The notes below the pieces were generated by a model. It searched no databases. It was not told where the DNA came from and was given only the letters and a program-made list of their open reading frames with translations. A stretch of DNA of 64,000 nt from Anthoceros angustus (taxonomy: Eukaryota; Plantae; Anthocerotophyta), in assembly GCA_010909165.1 (NCBI GenBank), contig VJWM01000106.1, forward strand, positions 930,001 through 994,000, read 5' to 3'. Both the position numbers and the translations under genes were made by a program. This document shows positions 35,781-47,905 of the stretch, one piece after another; the first letter of the stretch is position 1; every line of letters starts with the position of its first letter.

Positions 35781-38554
35781 TGATAAATAGCTTACTATTA
35801 GGCACTCTTCACTAGGGCACCTAGGACTTAATAATTAATTTAGTCCTTAGGGCTCTAGGTAGTTTCTTTAGTAGTTATTTAATTGGTTAGTTATTACAAC
35901 CACTTATTGGTTACAACTACCTTGCCTACATAAAGGCATGTACTTTCTATTATGAATGTAATGCAACACATATTGCTAGAGCTTGTGTATGATTCTCATC
36001 ATGGTATCACACTTGCTCTTTGTTTGCTTGTGCATCCTCATGCATCTAAGTAGCTTATCTAGGAGACACTTTCTAATCTAGCATTTGCCTAGATGGATTG
36101 TGTTTATCCTAGAATTGCTATCTTTGCATGCATTCTTTATGCTAACATTTCTCTTCTAACAATGCTTTTATGCACTAATTCTTTGTCCTTCCTCCATGGA
36201 TTTGTGTTCCCTTAGAAGGAGAAGGCATAGAGTTAAGAAGAGAAGTAGTCCAAGACAACAAGAACAAATTAGGAGCCCAACACATAGAAGCAATAGAAGA
36301 CAACAAGCTATAGAGGAGAGATAGTAGAAACCTCCTCTTGTATAGCAAACTTCATTGCATCTATTTTAATTTCTAAACCGGATCAAGGAAGTTTATCAAG
36401 CTAGCTAGGCGTGATTTGCTAGAAGTTTTAGTCAATTCACGTCAAGGCATTAGAATTAGCTCTCCAACATATCCCAAATTTGAATCTTTGGTATTAGTAC
36501 TCCTTTATCTTCTAGTCGCAAGACAAAAATAGCATAGAAACTCTTAGATTTCAAGAAATTGATAGTCAATTAGCAACTCTTAGAATCCAATCCTTTGATC
36601 TTAAGGAGAATTATCTGAATTAAGGACAAAATTGTCTATTCTCTCTAAGGTTGATAATGCAGATTTGAGAGCATGCTATCATCATCCAATCTTATGATGC
36701 AAGAGAAGAGTTTCGTGCAATAGAGAAGATGAGAGGTACGGCGAGGCCTAGTCCTCTAAATCACCTACAATGGCTGGAGTGATCAATAATGAAGAACAAA
36801 GCTTCCTAATTCCCCATTGGGTAATGATAATGCTAACACTTCATTGCATTATCATTATGGTGGATTTCAAAGAGAAAGATTCAATGGAAGGGATTATGAC
36901 ATCGGTCATTGAGAATGCGAGGAGCTTTGCGGCAAAGAGACCTTTGGGGCATCGTCGATGGATCAATTCCAAGGCCACACGATTTGAGCGTGAACTTCAA
37001 CCTTCACAGGGCCGAGGGCGAGAGGCACAAGATTTATTGGTCGGTGGACTTTCTCAACATATGGTGAGACATGTCGCTGCAAAGACCTCAAGGATATGTG
37101 GACTCACCTTGCTCAATTATATTCATCTCGAGATGTAATGAGTATTGTTGACTTCACGTAACTTCGCAACCTCTCAATGAAGGAGTCCGACACCATCGAA
37201 CATCATGTTAATGCATTTCGATTGGCACGATCCCATTTGGAATCTTCAAGCGGCGTACCTATCTCGAGAGATGGAGGCTTACGTCATTCTCTTATCTTCA
37301 TTGCCACCTTCTTATAGGGCTTTCATTACAACTCAAAATGCGGTGATTAGCAATGTCGAAAAGGCTGCAGATGAAGATCAAATGAAGAGCGGACATCGGT
37401 GTTTAGAACTTATTGGAGCATTGCTACGAGGAGGAGGCAAGCGAGCGTCATCATCACTCCAGCCAACAAGCGGTGATGTATTCACAAAGGGGAGAGAGGC
37501 GGGCGAGGCGGGGTTCTACTCACGACCCCATATCCCTGCACATACTTTCCATGATGGAGGCATCTTCTTCAACACACAGAGGTAACAAGAAGGCGGGATT
37601 ATATGTAATTGGTGCGAATCCCAAATCACATGGAAAAGGATTGTCGTAAGAAGAAGAATGGGAACCTCGCAAGGAGGCCCCACCTGGAGCTAACATTGCA
37701 GCGAAGAAACAATCTTCCTCAACTCCAGCAGTGCTCACTGTGTGCTTGGCTTCTTCCAAGCCCTCCAATACCTCATGGTACTTAGACAGTGGAGCTACTT
37801 CACATATTTGTTACAACTCTTTTGAGTCTTACTCACACCAGGACATCGATCATCCTCACGGGAGATGATCACAACCTACCCATTGCGGGTGTCGGTTCGA
37901 TTGTATTCAAGTGTGATTCGGTCGGGTTCTTCATCTTCATCAAGTCCTCCATGTTCCTTCAATGTGCAAGAATCTAGTATCATGCAAGTCTTTGTCAAGA
38001 ACACACTCTGCGGTGATCCTTTATCTGAATAGTTGTCTTCTCTCTTTCATAAGTGATAGAAACTATACAATCTGCAGGCACTTTAGATGATGGTCTCTAT
38101 AGATTGTCGGACAAGTGGGAGCCACCCATTACGCTAATGTTGCCATTCCAAACCCAACACCTACCCAAACCATGCTTTGGCATTGTCGCCTTGGTCATCC
38201 TAATAGTCAAAATTAATCCAAATGTCTAAGGGAGCTTTATATAGAACCCCTTGCAAAGGTTGAACACCTACCTTGAGTGCGAATCTTGTGTCCTCACTAA
38301 AGCGACATCAAGAGCCTTTCAAAAATAAATCTCCACAAAGGGCCAAGTCACCTTTAGAGATAGTGCACACAGACATTTGTGGACCCTTGTCTACACCCTC
38401 CTTTAGTGGTAGTAGATATTTTTTGACCTTCACAGATGATTTCTCTCGTTTTGTCTTTTCCTACATCTTGAAAAACAAGAGTGATGCCTTTCACTTCTTC
38501 AAGGACTACATGAAATGGGCTGAGAGACTTACAGATCACAAACTCAAGACCTTC

Positions 38555-41500
38555 GTGGCGACTTTCGGTGATGGGCCGGTACGCGCCACAATCCGTCGTT
38601 GTGGTATGGAGTCCGTTCCCAAGAGAATGATAGCTCCGTTTGCGCTTGCCGATTCTCACCTTTCTTGGTCCACTTCACCTTAACACACTCAATCTTCGTT
38701 TACACCCAGCTATTTATAACGTTCACGCAGGCCGGTGTAGCGTTTGAGACGTTTAAACGCTTCGTTCGTCACTCGTTTCTTGATCCGTTCCTCTCCGCTC
38801 TCTCTACACTTATCAACCTTGGAAAGAAGCATGGTGGCTGATCGGGACCTCCTCGTTGCTCGCGGGCCTCTCCGTCCGGGCTCTGCACACCCTCCCAAAG
38901 TACCTCCCGGCTCACGTTCGGTCCGCTCGGCGTTGGACCGCGCTCTCGGCGAACAAGGGTCCTCGATCCTCCCTGCACACACCACCACGTTAAGTCCGTC
39001 ACGGGACCTTGATCGATCTCTCCGGGGTCGTGCACCTTTCGGTGACTCGGGACTCGCGTTAACAAGGCGTAAGGTGCAGAGCAGCATCAACACCAAGAGA
39101 AAGATGCTTTACTAGGCGCCTCGGCCCTCTTATCTGCATGGCGTCTTTATTACACCCCTATTACGGTGATGGCATCGGTATACCTAATGGCGCCTACCAT
39201 CCTCCCCTATCTCCTTCGTGGTGGGTGAAATTTGGGAAGGTCACAGGCCCCTCGGGATGGGTGGTCAATCCCCGTCAGCGGTTGTGGCGCTCCCAATCGG
39301 ATGATCCGTGAGGCGGGGCCCCTCCTCTCCGGAATCACATCGGGTTGGGCTCTGGCGTGATCGACAACCGTTACACGTCATCCTCCCTGGCCTCCCCACA
39401 GGTCCCGCCGGTGGGGCCACCCGGCTATCTCCTCCCCTAAGCGTAAGTCGAGGGGCTCCTCCTTCTTGCCTGATGGGACCTCGGGGTCTGACTCTGACTT
39501 CGAGTCCGGCAACTGAGTCGGCCGGCTAGGTCCCCTTGTCTCAGGGTCGGACCTCGGGTCCGTCTTCTCAGTCCGGACCTCGGTCCGGACTTCTTGAGTC
39601 CGGACTTGAGTCGGTCTTCCTTGGTCCGGACCTCGAGTCGGACTCGCCCAGGTTTCCTCCCTCACAGGGACTCCTCGTGGCTCTCCCTCAGTCCTTCCTT
39701 CCCGATCGCCGGGGCTCCTCGTTGGCCCCTCCTTCCATGGTGAGGTGCGGGGTGCTTACCTCGATCGCATCGCGCTCCTCGTTGCTCCTCCTCCTCTCCG
39801 CTCCCTCGTCTCCGCCCCAGGTCCACGTGGCCACTATCCCGTGGCCTTCTTCCCTCGCCTTCTTGGCCGTCGGTCAGTCCTCGTGAGGTGGTGCCTCACG
39901 CCTTGAGGAGCTCGGCGTGGTAATAGGCAAAGTCAGATCGACAAATTGCCTCTTCCACGTGTGCGGGCACCCGATACTCCCTCGCCATAAGTGTTCGGCT
40001 GGGTGTTGTTGGCGCTCTCTCTCCTGCTTGGGCAGGCGGCTCATCAGGCGGCCTCGGTCACCTCCTGCAGCCTTCTTGCTCCACTCCTCCTCCCTTTGTC
40101 TGCTTACCGGCGCCATGGGCCCGCCTTTCTCCGTAATCGGATGGGCAGCTTCCTCCTCTGGCGCTCTCCTCCCTCCGTTCACGTGCTCCGCCACTCCCTC
40201 TCCAATCGGTGGTATATCCTCCAGGCCCCACTTCTTCCGGTTCATACGCAGCAGCGTCCAACTCCTTGGATAGTCGCGATTTTCCTCCGTCTTGAGGGGC
40301 CGGGCTCTCTATTTTCTCGAGTCGTGGATTCTCGTTGAGAATCACTGCTGCTCCGCGCATCTTGGGTTGTAGCTCCAGTGTCCTTCTTATCCTCCATCTG
40401 CTGCGCCTCTCCTCTACTTCCTGCGGTACTCGGAGATCTCCTATCTCCCAGTCTTGGCCTCCATCTCCTCCTTGCCTTGCACTCCATAGCCCTTGTGCCT
40501 TCAAGTCACTGCCTCTGACTCTCTCCACGGTTCGATCCGTCGGTGGTGATCCGGTCGCTCTTTACCCGGCTTCCGCCTCCTTTGCCTTCACCTTAGCCTC
40601 GCCCCGGCTTGGTGTAGGTCTGGCCCGCCGCCTCCCGAGTCGAGCTCTCTCCGCCTCCCTCTCGCTTCCTTCCCCCTCCTCTTTGCGGTCCTCGCCCGCT
40701 TGGGCCTCCTGCTTGCTTTGTTCGCGTGAGAACCTTAACATCTGTGAACCGCTCGGGCCTCGCTCCGCCACGTTTCCTTCCTCGATCAGCGAGGACTCCG
40801 CCTTTCCTTTGCCTCACAGGCGCCTTCACTTGCTCTTGGGTTCCACCATCCTCCTCGGGTGGCCTCCACTTCCACAGGTCTTCTCTGCCACAGAGGCCCC
40901 AAAGCATTCCTCCATGGCGGTAGCAGACTTCGCCGTGTTTCTTCCACGGCCCCAGTGAGGGAAAGTCCTTGGTGGGGCGGCATTTCTCGTCAAGGACCTC
41001 CATCTGATCGGAGTCGGGGGGTTCTCGGACCTAATCGGGACCCTCGGGTCACAGTGGTGGTCAGGACTCACCCTCTTGGCCCTCTTGGCCTCTCCTTTGT
41101 GCCCTCTTTCTCCACAGGGCTCGGAGGAGGTGAGGGGTCAGGCAAGCCCTTTGCCCCTTCACAGGGGCAGGACCCGGCTCGAGGTGGGGCTGCGCGGTGA
41201 CCTCCGCTCCTTGGGCGTCCCTTTACGCCCTCCTTCGCCTCTTGACCTCTTGCCACTCGTGGGCGGGGGTAAGTACGGCACCTTCGAGTCTTTGCGTTGG
41301 TAAGCGGCACCGTCTTCGCCTCTTGACTCCCGGGTTCGTCGGGCTCGGCGGTAGTCGTGGTTGTTGCTGCTGCCGGTGGGGCCATAGCGCCCTCATCGAC
41401 TCCCTCTGTCTTGGTGCTCGGAGGGCACCAAAAGGAGGGAAGGAATCTCCTCCCAAACTTCCACAGGTGGTGAGGGGTTCGCTCCAGCGTATGGGTCAGG

Positions 41501-42751
41501 AATCCTCGGTCGTCCTCCTCCGGACCCTCGCTTGGTGGCGACCCACCTCAGCCTTGCTCCCTCCACCTCCGGGGCCCGGCCCCTTGGGGCGCCCGTTCAA
41601 GCTCTCCCTCCTTGAGCTCAGGTCCCCATACATGAATCGGTATGGGTCGGTGGCGAGGTGGCTTCTCGCTCCTCTTGCGTGCCTCTGGCAGCCGGCGAAG
41701 ATAATCCTTCCCCGTCCGCTCTTCCTGGGCGTGCGAGAATACCAGCAGGTTATCACCAAGGTGATCCACCTTGGTGGCGTTCAATGGACAATGATCCGGG
41801 CTTACCCCTCTTGTCCGGCGGATCACCATCCGTTGGTTGTCGTTTGTCCGGGCGTGGGAGGGCTATGCCCTATCTTCCCTTACCTTGGGGCTCGGCACCA
41901 CACCTCTTCTTCCTCCTTGGGCGGTTGTAGGCGCCTCGGGACCTCAGGTCCATCTCGGGTCCTCCAGGTTCTTGGATCGGACCTCCTTGTTGCCTTGACA
42001 TCTTCGGGCAAACTCCGGACCATGGTGGCCTTGTCAGGTCAGACCACCGGAAGATGTCCAGTGCACTCCTCACCAATTCCCTGCTTCCTCGGCCATGGCC
42101 AAGTCGGATAGCGCACAATGTTGCGCTCCTCCAGGCTCCAGACTCCTCGGCTTTTGGGTGCCATTGCTTTCTCCTGCTTGTGCCTTGCTCAGGAATTTGG
42201 CGTCCGGCGCTCCTCTCCTCGTTGCGTTGCTCCTTCCCGTGATCAGCGGTGTGGGCCCTGGCGCAGGCGCCCAAAAACCGGATTGCGGAGGCCGGCGGCG
42301 CGAGGTTTGGAATGACCTCCCCTCTTTCTTGAAATGCTTGCGGCGGAAGGCGCCTCTTGTCCATGCGAGTGCGCATGGCTTACTTTGTCCCTCGCGCTTA
42401 CTCGGCCTTACGCGCCGGCCTTCGCCGCGGGCGTGAATACTGCCTGCGGCCTCAGGCGAGGCTACGGTCTGGCTGCATGCCGACCTCCACTCGGGGCCGT
42501 CACGTGGCGCCGCCTGTCATCCTCTGCTTAGTTGCTTTCCCGGCGTACTTATCTTTGACACGGGTGGGTTGGGACTTATCCCGTACTCGGGGTATGGAGC
42601 TTCTCCATCAGTGTAGTCCGGGCATGGTAGGTCGTTGTTCACTCGTCGAGTCCGTATACTCGAGTCCGTCGGCGCCATACTTATTCCTCCTCCGCCTTAT
42701 TTTACTATCCTAAAAAAAACAAACCCCTATTTCCTTAGGAAGTAGCCCACA
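38555..42751 (-). repeat. 3' LTR (4197 bp) containing the LTR-internal coding region
   Basis: Minus strand has MAPK..SEE..LEERNIV.RYP...LDIF (about 41950-42160), TKVDHLGDNLLVF (about 41740-41770) and HPAEHLWR (about 39980). Confidence 0.85.
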
Positions 42752-45700
42752 TACTCCCTTCTCATCATTGGCGTCTCGCCAACACTAAGCATAACTTCTT
42801 CACCGCCACCCGTTGAGATCTCCATCTAGGCCATCGTGAGCGGACCCGTTGTCATATACTTGCACCACTTAGACCCATCCATCTCGGTGAAGTTTGCACG
42901 GAAATGCATGTGACTATCATAAAGGAGGCCTCTCCTTTCACTCTCGATTCGGCGCGTCATGCCAAATCTTTGTTGGTTACTACAAGTTGCATCTTTGGTG
43001 CTTCTTCCCGACCCTCGTGTATTGGACAAACCCCAAAGTCGCTCGTGGCTTTCCTCTCTTCAGGCTCCTTCCATCATTACTCGAAAAGTGGGCACTTCAA
43101 ACTCCACATTACGGAGATGCCCATAGGTTAAGTAAGTTGTTGTGGTCACCTTCTCTGCGTCGGCGGATGGCTTGGCACAGTATCGATCGTGTGCGTAGTT
43201 GTAAGTTTATTGATCTGCGGATGAGCCCATTTGTCTTCTCTGTCAACCCATTGGCCTTAGGATTGTAGGGTCTTGCGATGATTGATGCCAAAATAGTCAT
43301 TCTGATCACATCATTAAGGAAATGGGTTCCCCTATCGCTCACCTGCGGCGGACATCCCATAGGGTTATGATGTTCTCATAAATTTGCCCACGTGCTTGCG
43401 AGTCCGTTCTGTCGAGCCTCTACCCACACAGTGCGATGATGGTTGCCACCAAATGTATCTCCTTTTGTGTGTGCCGTGGTGTATGGGTCCAACAAAGTCA
43501 ATGCCCACTTTTCAAAAGGCGGTGCCAATATGGTACTAGCGGCCATTGTGTTGTGTTGGCTTCCGATCCGACAAGCATCACACTTCTTCTGGGTGGGTGT
43601 CCCCATACATTGTTGGCCACGGTATCCGCTTCAAAATCTTTTGGTGGTGACTGTCTTTGCGTAGTGTCCTCCCCAATCCTTCGTGCATTCCCACGGCCGC
43701 TCCTGTCTCTGCGGTTGTACCTTCGTTCTACTCCGTCAGGCCCTAATTTGAACACACACCGTTGTACATTACGAAGGTCGAGCATAGTGCCGAATGCCTC
43801 CCTCATCCGAGTGATTTTGGAAGCTCCATTCCCAGTGCGCTCCATTTCTTCGTGGGGTCGGACGTGAGACCCTCCTTCTCACGCTAAGGCTGCGTTCTCG
43901 TAGCTTGGGGTTGTCGGTGGGCTCCTCGGTTGTACTTTACTGCGGCAACCAATGTCTCATCCAGGAGCGCATCTTGATCTCTCAACACTGTTTTCAATCG
44001 TGACGAAATGCATTTTAGTGCCTCCCTTGTCTTGTTTCCACTTGACGTGAACTCCTGCAGCAACAATATCCACCTTGCTATCCGTGACGGTCCGCCTTAT
44101 TCACCGGATGCTTGATGCAAAGTGGTCTACATAGAACACAAACTCACTTTGGGTAGCGGTGTGTGAATTTCTTGGCATATACCATACCCGGTGCTTGGCT
44201 CTGTAGTTGTGTATTTTCGTTCAGCGTGGGTGGCGTCTCGGCGTAGTACGGGATAATCCCTTATCGTCCTTGGCTCGGCACTACTCCGATAGCGGACACA
44301 TCTACATACACATGAAATTTCTTGCTCGATCCGGTCCTCTTAGAACCGTGCGCTTACCAAGGTGTTACGTAAATCCGGAAGGCCTCCTCTCTCTCCGAGA
44401 CCGGTCCAAACCTCCTCCTTCCATGATGTTACATCAACTTAGCGCCCTCTTAGCAAAGTCCTTAATAAACGGCGGTAGTATCCCACCATTCGAAACCTCT
44501 CGGCTCCTTTAGGTTCGTCGGTGGAGGCGGATGACCGGACCTTGTCTGGTCCACCTCGATTCAGCCGACGATCGACAAGATTCCCTCCGTCATTCCAAAG
44601 TAGCATTTCTCGGGTGTAGGCTCAATTGGGTCTCCGGCGGCTCAAGCACCTTCTTAGATGTCAAGGTGTTTGTCCTGCTCCCCATGCACACAAAATCATC
44701 CAGAATATCTCCATGAAGTCCCTCGAAGTCACGGAAGGCGTTGGTCACCATCGCATGAGCGACCACGCTCGGTCATCCCAAAGGCACTTCTCTTGTAGGC
44801 AAGCGTACCCCACTCCGTAGTGAAGGTCGTCTTGTCGGTCAGACTCCCTTAGGTGCAATTGGTTTGTATCCGGAGTAGCCATCCGAGGAAGGAGTAAGTA
44901 GTCGTCCGACCACCTTGTCCAAAATGTCGTCTCTGAATGGCATGGAAGTGGTCCTTCTCGTTGCGTTGAGCTTCCTCAATCTTGGCATACCGAATTTGTC
45001 TGGCATTTCTTGGGACCACCACAATCAGTAGCGACCCACTCGGCTGACGATGGGGAAAATGATGTCGCCTCCGGTACTTATCAAGGACCTCCTTCACCTT
45101 GATCGAATACTTGGGGTTGAGCTTGTATTGTCGGATTCGGTGGCACCGCTCACGGCTTCAAATCGATCTTATGCTCTCCCACTTCTTGAATGCCCTTCAT
45201 GTCGTGACCTTGAAGGCGAACACCTCATAAAACTCCCCAGTGCTTTAGTCCTTCCTTGGTCAGGAGGCATGCCTTTCTTAAACTTGAGAATTTGCTGGCG
45301 GACCTCCACTTCTTCCACGTCGTCCGGGTTCACCGTCTCCCGTTCTCGTCTTTGCCTCGCTGCGTCCAAACCCCTCGTCCTCCTCGGGATCGTCCTCTCG
45401 CATCCCCATTCTGAAGAGCTCGTCGGTGTGGGCGGTTACTTCCCGGTCCCCCCTCTTCATCTTTCAGGACCCTCTTCTTCCTTCCTTGCCCGTTCTTGTT
45501 TACTCGAAAACAATCAACCTCCTCGCGCCAAAGGCATCCTGTAGTCCATCTCCTCCTCGGACCGGATCTTGGCGAAAGTAGTCTTGTCTTCCCTTTCATC
45601 ATCCTCATCGTGAGGTGTACCTCGGTGGTGCTCACGGTTTCCCCACGGTGTCCTTGCTCGGTGAGCCCTTCCTCGACCCGGTCCCAATCCGGGAGTGAAT

Positions 45701-47905
45701 CTCCTTCCTTCCAAAGTGTAGCTTTATGCAGGCAACGAGCCACAACGTCCCAGCAACACCTCATAATGGTCGGCGGTTTGATCACAACAATGTATAGGGG
45801 CTCCATGGTGGCTTGGACTCGGTTAACTCCCCCTCTTCTTGACATATCCGCCATTCGAGTCTTTGGTTGAGGTTGAAGGATGTGAAAGCCCAATCTTGCG
45901 GTGGCTTTGATGAGGTTGACTCGGACCCGTGTCCAGTGTTCTTGATACACACCCGCTTTCACTGGCGCCACGGCGGTGGTATGGACACCACTACCCTTAC
46001 CTCCATTCTTGTCCTTCACTCAAGGGGTTTTGGGTTGTGTCTCCACGGCCCGGACTTCTTGCCGATATTTGGTTGTCTTTTAACAAGGACCTCGGTGTTC
46101 TGTTGATTCATCATCGGTCGCCACATTAAAGGCGGGGTGGCTCCTTCTGCTGCGTCCGCCTCATCCTCCTCTCCCGGATCACGTGGTGGACACTCGTCGC
46201 GGATCTCTTCCTGCAACATCTCGGTCACCTCGGGACATCCGGTGGGCGAGGTCGCGGGGTTCCTTCTCCCAACGTTGGAGAACTTCCTTGAGTAATCCCT
46301 CCGCGAGGCTGCCAGCCCTCCTTCCTTATTTGGATTGCTCTTTGGTGCCTTCCTTCCGTGGCGTTCTTCATTTTCTTCTTCTTGCGCCTCCTCTCCTTCG
46401 CTCCTTCCGGCCTTGACACCTCAAGGTACCTCCAGATCCCTTCTCCTCCCCACACCACTTGTTCTTTTCCATCCTCACGCCTCTTCCCACTCCATGTGCA
46501 TCTTCAATTTGTAGCGCGGCCTTAGGAGGTGGCGTTGGTGGTCGGTTCTCCCGGTGTGGTGGCGTCCTTGTCTTGAGGGTTGGGACATAGCGTCTTGCAC
46601 CGCCATGTGCACCGCTTGCGATCCCCACCTGCTCAAGTCCCATTACCTTTGTTGGGATATGTGCGGAGCGTTGGAGTAATGGCGGGGATTCCCACAGTTC
46701 CAGAGAGACCATGAGGATACGAAGGGCTCCCATGCGGTTGCATCGGAGTTGTATGGATGGACCTCCGGTTGGCGGATACATGGTTTTGGGATATCGCGGC
46801 CCGGAGGCTTCATGCACATAGGCATCCTCTTCCTCGGCTCCTCCTCCTCGTAGTCCACTTGATGCGGAGGCGGGTTGGACTTTGGTGGCACACGGCACAC
46901 ACGAGATGGGTTCGACGTGGTGGTGTTTTCCGCGCTCGGTCCTTCACTTGGTTGATCGTCCTCCTACTCTCTTTATCACTTTCCAGTCCTCCCTCGGGCT
47001 ACCTCCTTTCAGGGAGTCGGGTCAGTGGAACCTCGGACGGTCTTGGTGTCACCACCTCCTTCTTACCTACCAGGGGCTTTTTCTTCTTCTTGAGGATACT
47101 CTTCTTCGCTAGAGACCTCGTCTCTTCTTGAGTCCTGCTCCTCCTCAGACACCTCGGTCTTCCTCCTCCTCAGACTCTTCCTCCTCGAGTCACCCCGTTT
47201 CTTCTTCTTCTTCTTGCCTCCTTGGCGCTTTATCCTCGATGTAGCGATTCCTCGTAGTTTCCGCGACCGCCTTGCCACGTCCTTCTCGGCCGCGCGTGTT
47301 TAGCCATTGGCTTAGGTAAGCCCGCGAACCGTACACTTGCATCGTGGTATGGGTTGGATGCGATCTCGGCCCGGGGCAGAATCGATGTCTGATCCCAACT
47401 TCTCCTTCTTCCCTCGCTTGATTTTCCAACTTTGATAATACATACCCCTCTGGTCAATCCCGAAACCGTTCTAGAAGGCATTTTCAAAGCGAAGGGCGGG
47501 TGGGGCATTCTCGGTGGGTACTTTCTCGATACCATTGAGCGCTCGGAGAACCCCTTGGAAAATTTGGATGGTGCATCGACTCCTCTCCATTGAAGTTGGC
47601 TTTGGACGAAATCCTCCACAAAGGTCTCGCATCCCTCTCCTTCTTCCCTCCAATAGAGATCGCTTGTTTGGTCGACGTTGTTGCCATCGTGGAGCGTTTG
47701 GCGCTCCCTTCTTCCGTTGGCGTGGTGCTACTTCTTCCTCACGATCGACAAGTCCCTCGCGCTCTCGTGGGTGGTGTCTCTCGCCTCGGCTCTCGTCTTT
47801 CACGTGCTGCGCTCGGGCCTCTGGCGTCCTGGCGTCGCTCTCTTAGCTTACCTTCTCTCACGCCTCTACGCTTCTGCGGCATTTCATTCCCAGCGGCGCC
47901 AAAAA

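Noticed and set aside
35776-35785. Non-canonical Copia termini or a 3-bp TSD
   Set aside because: Both junctions are explained by loss of one base in a 2-base run (AGACT|TG and CA|AGACT), consistent with other homopolymer errors in these LTRs.
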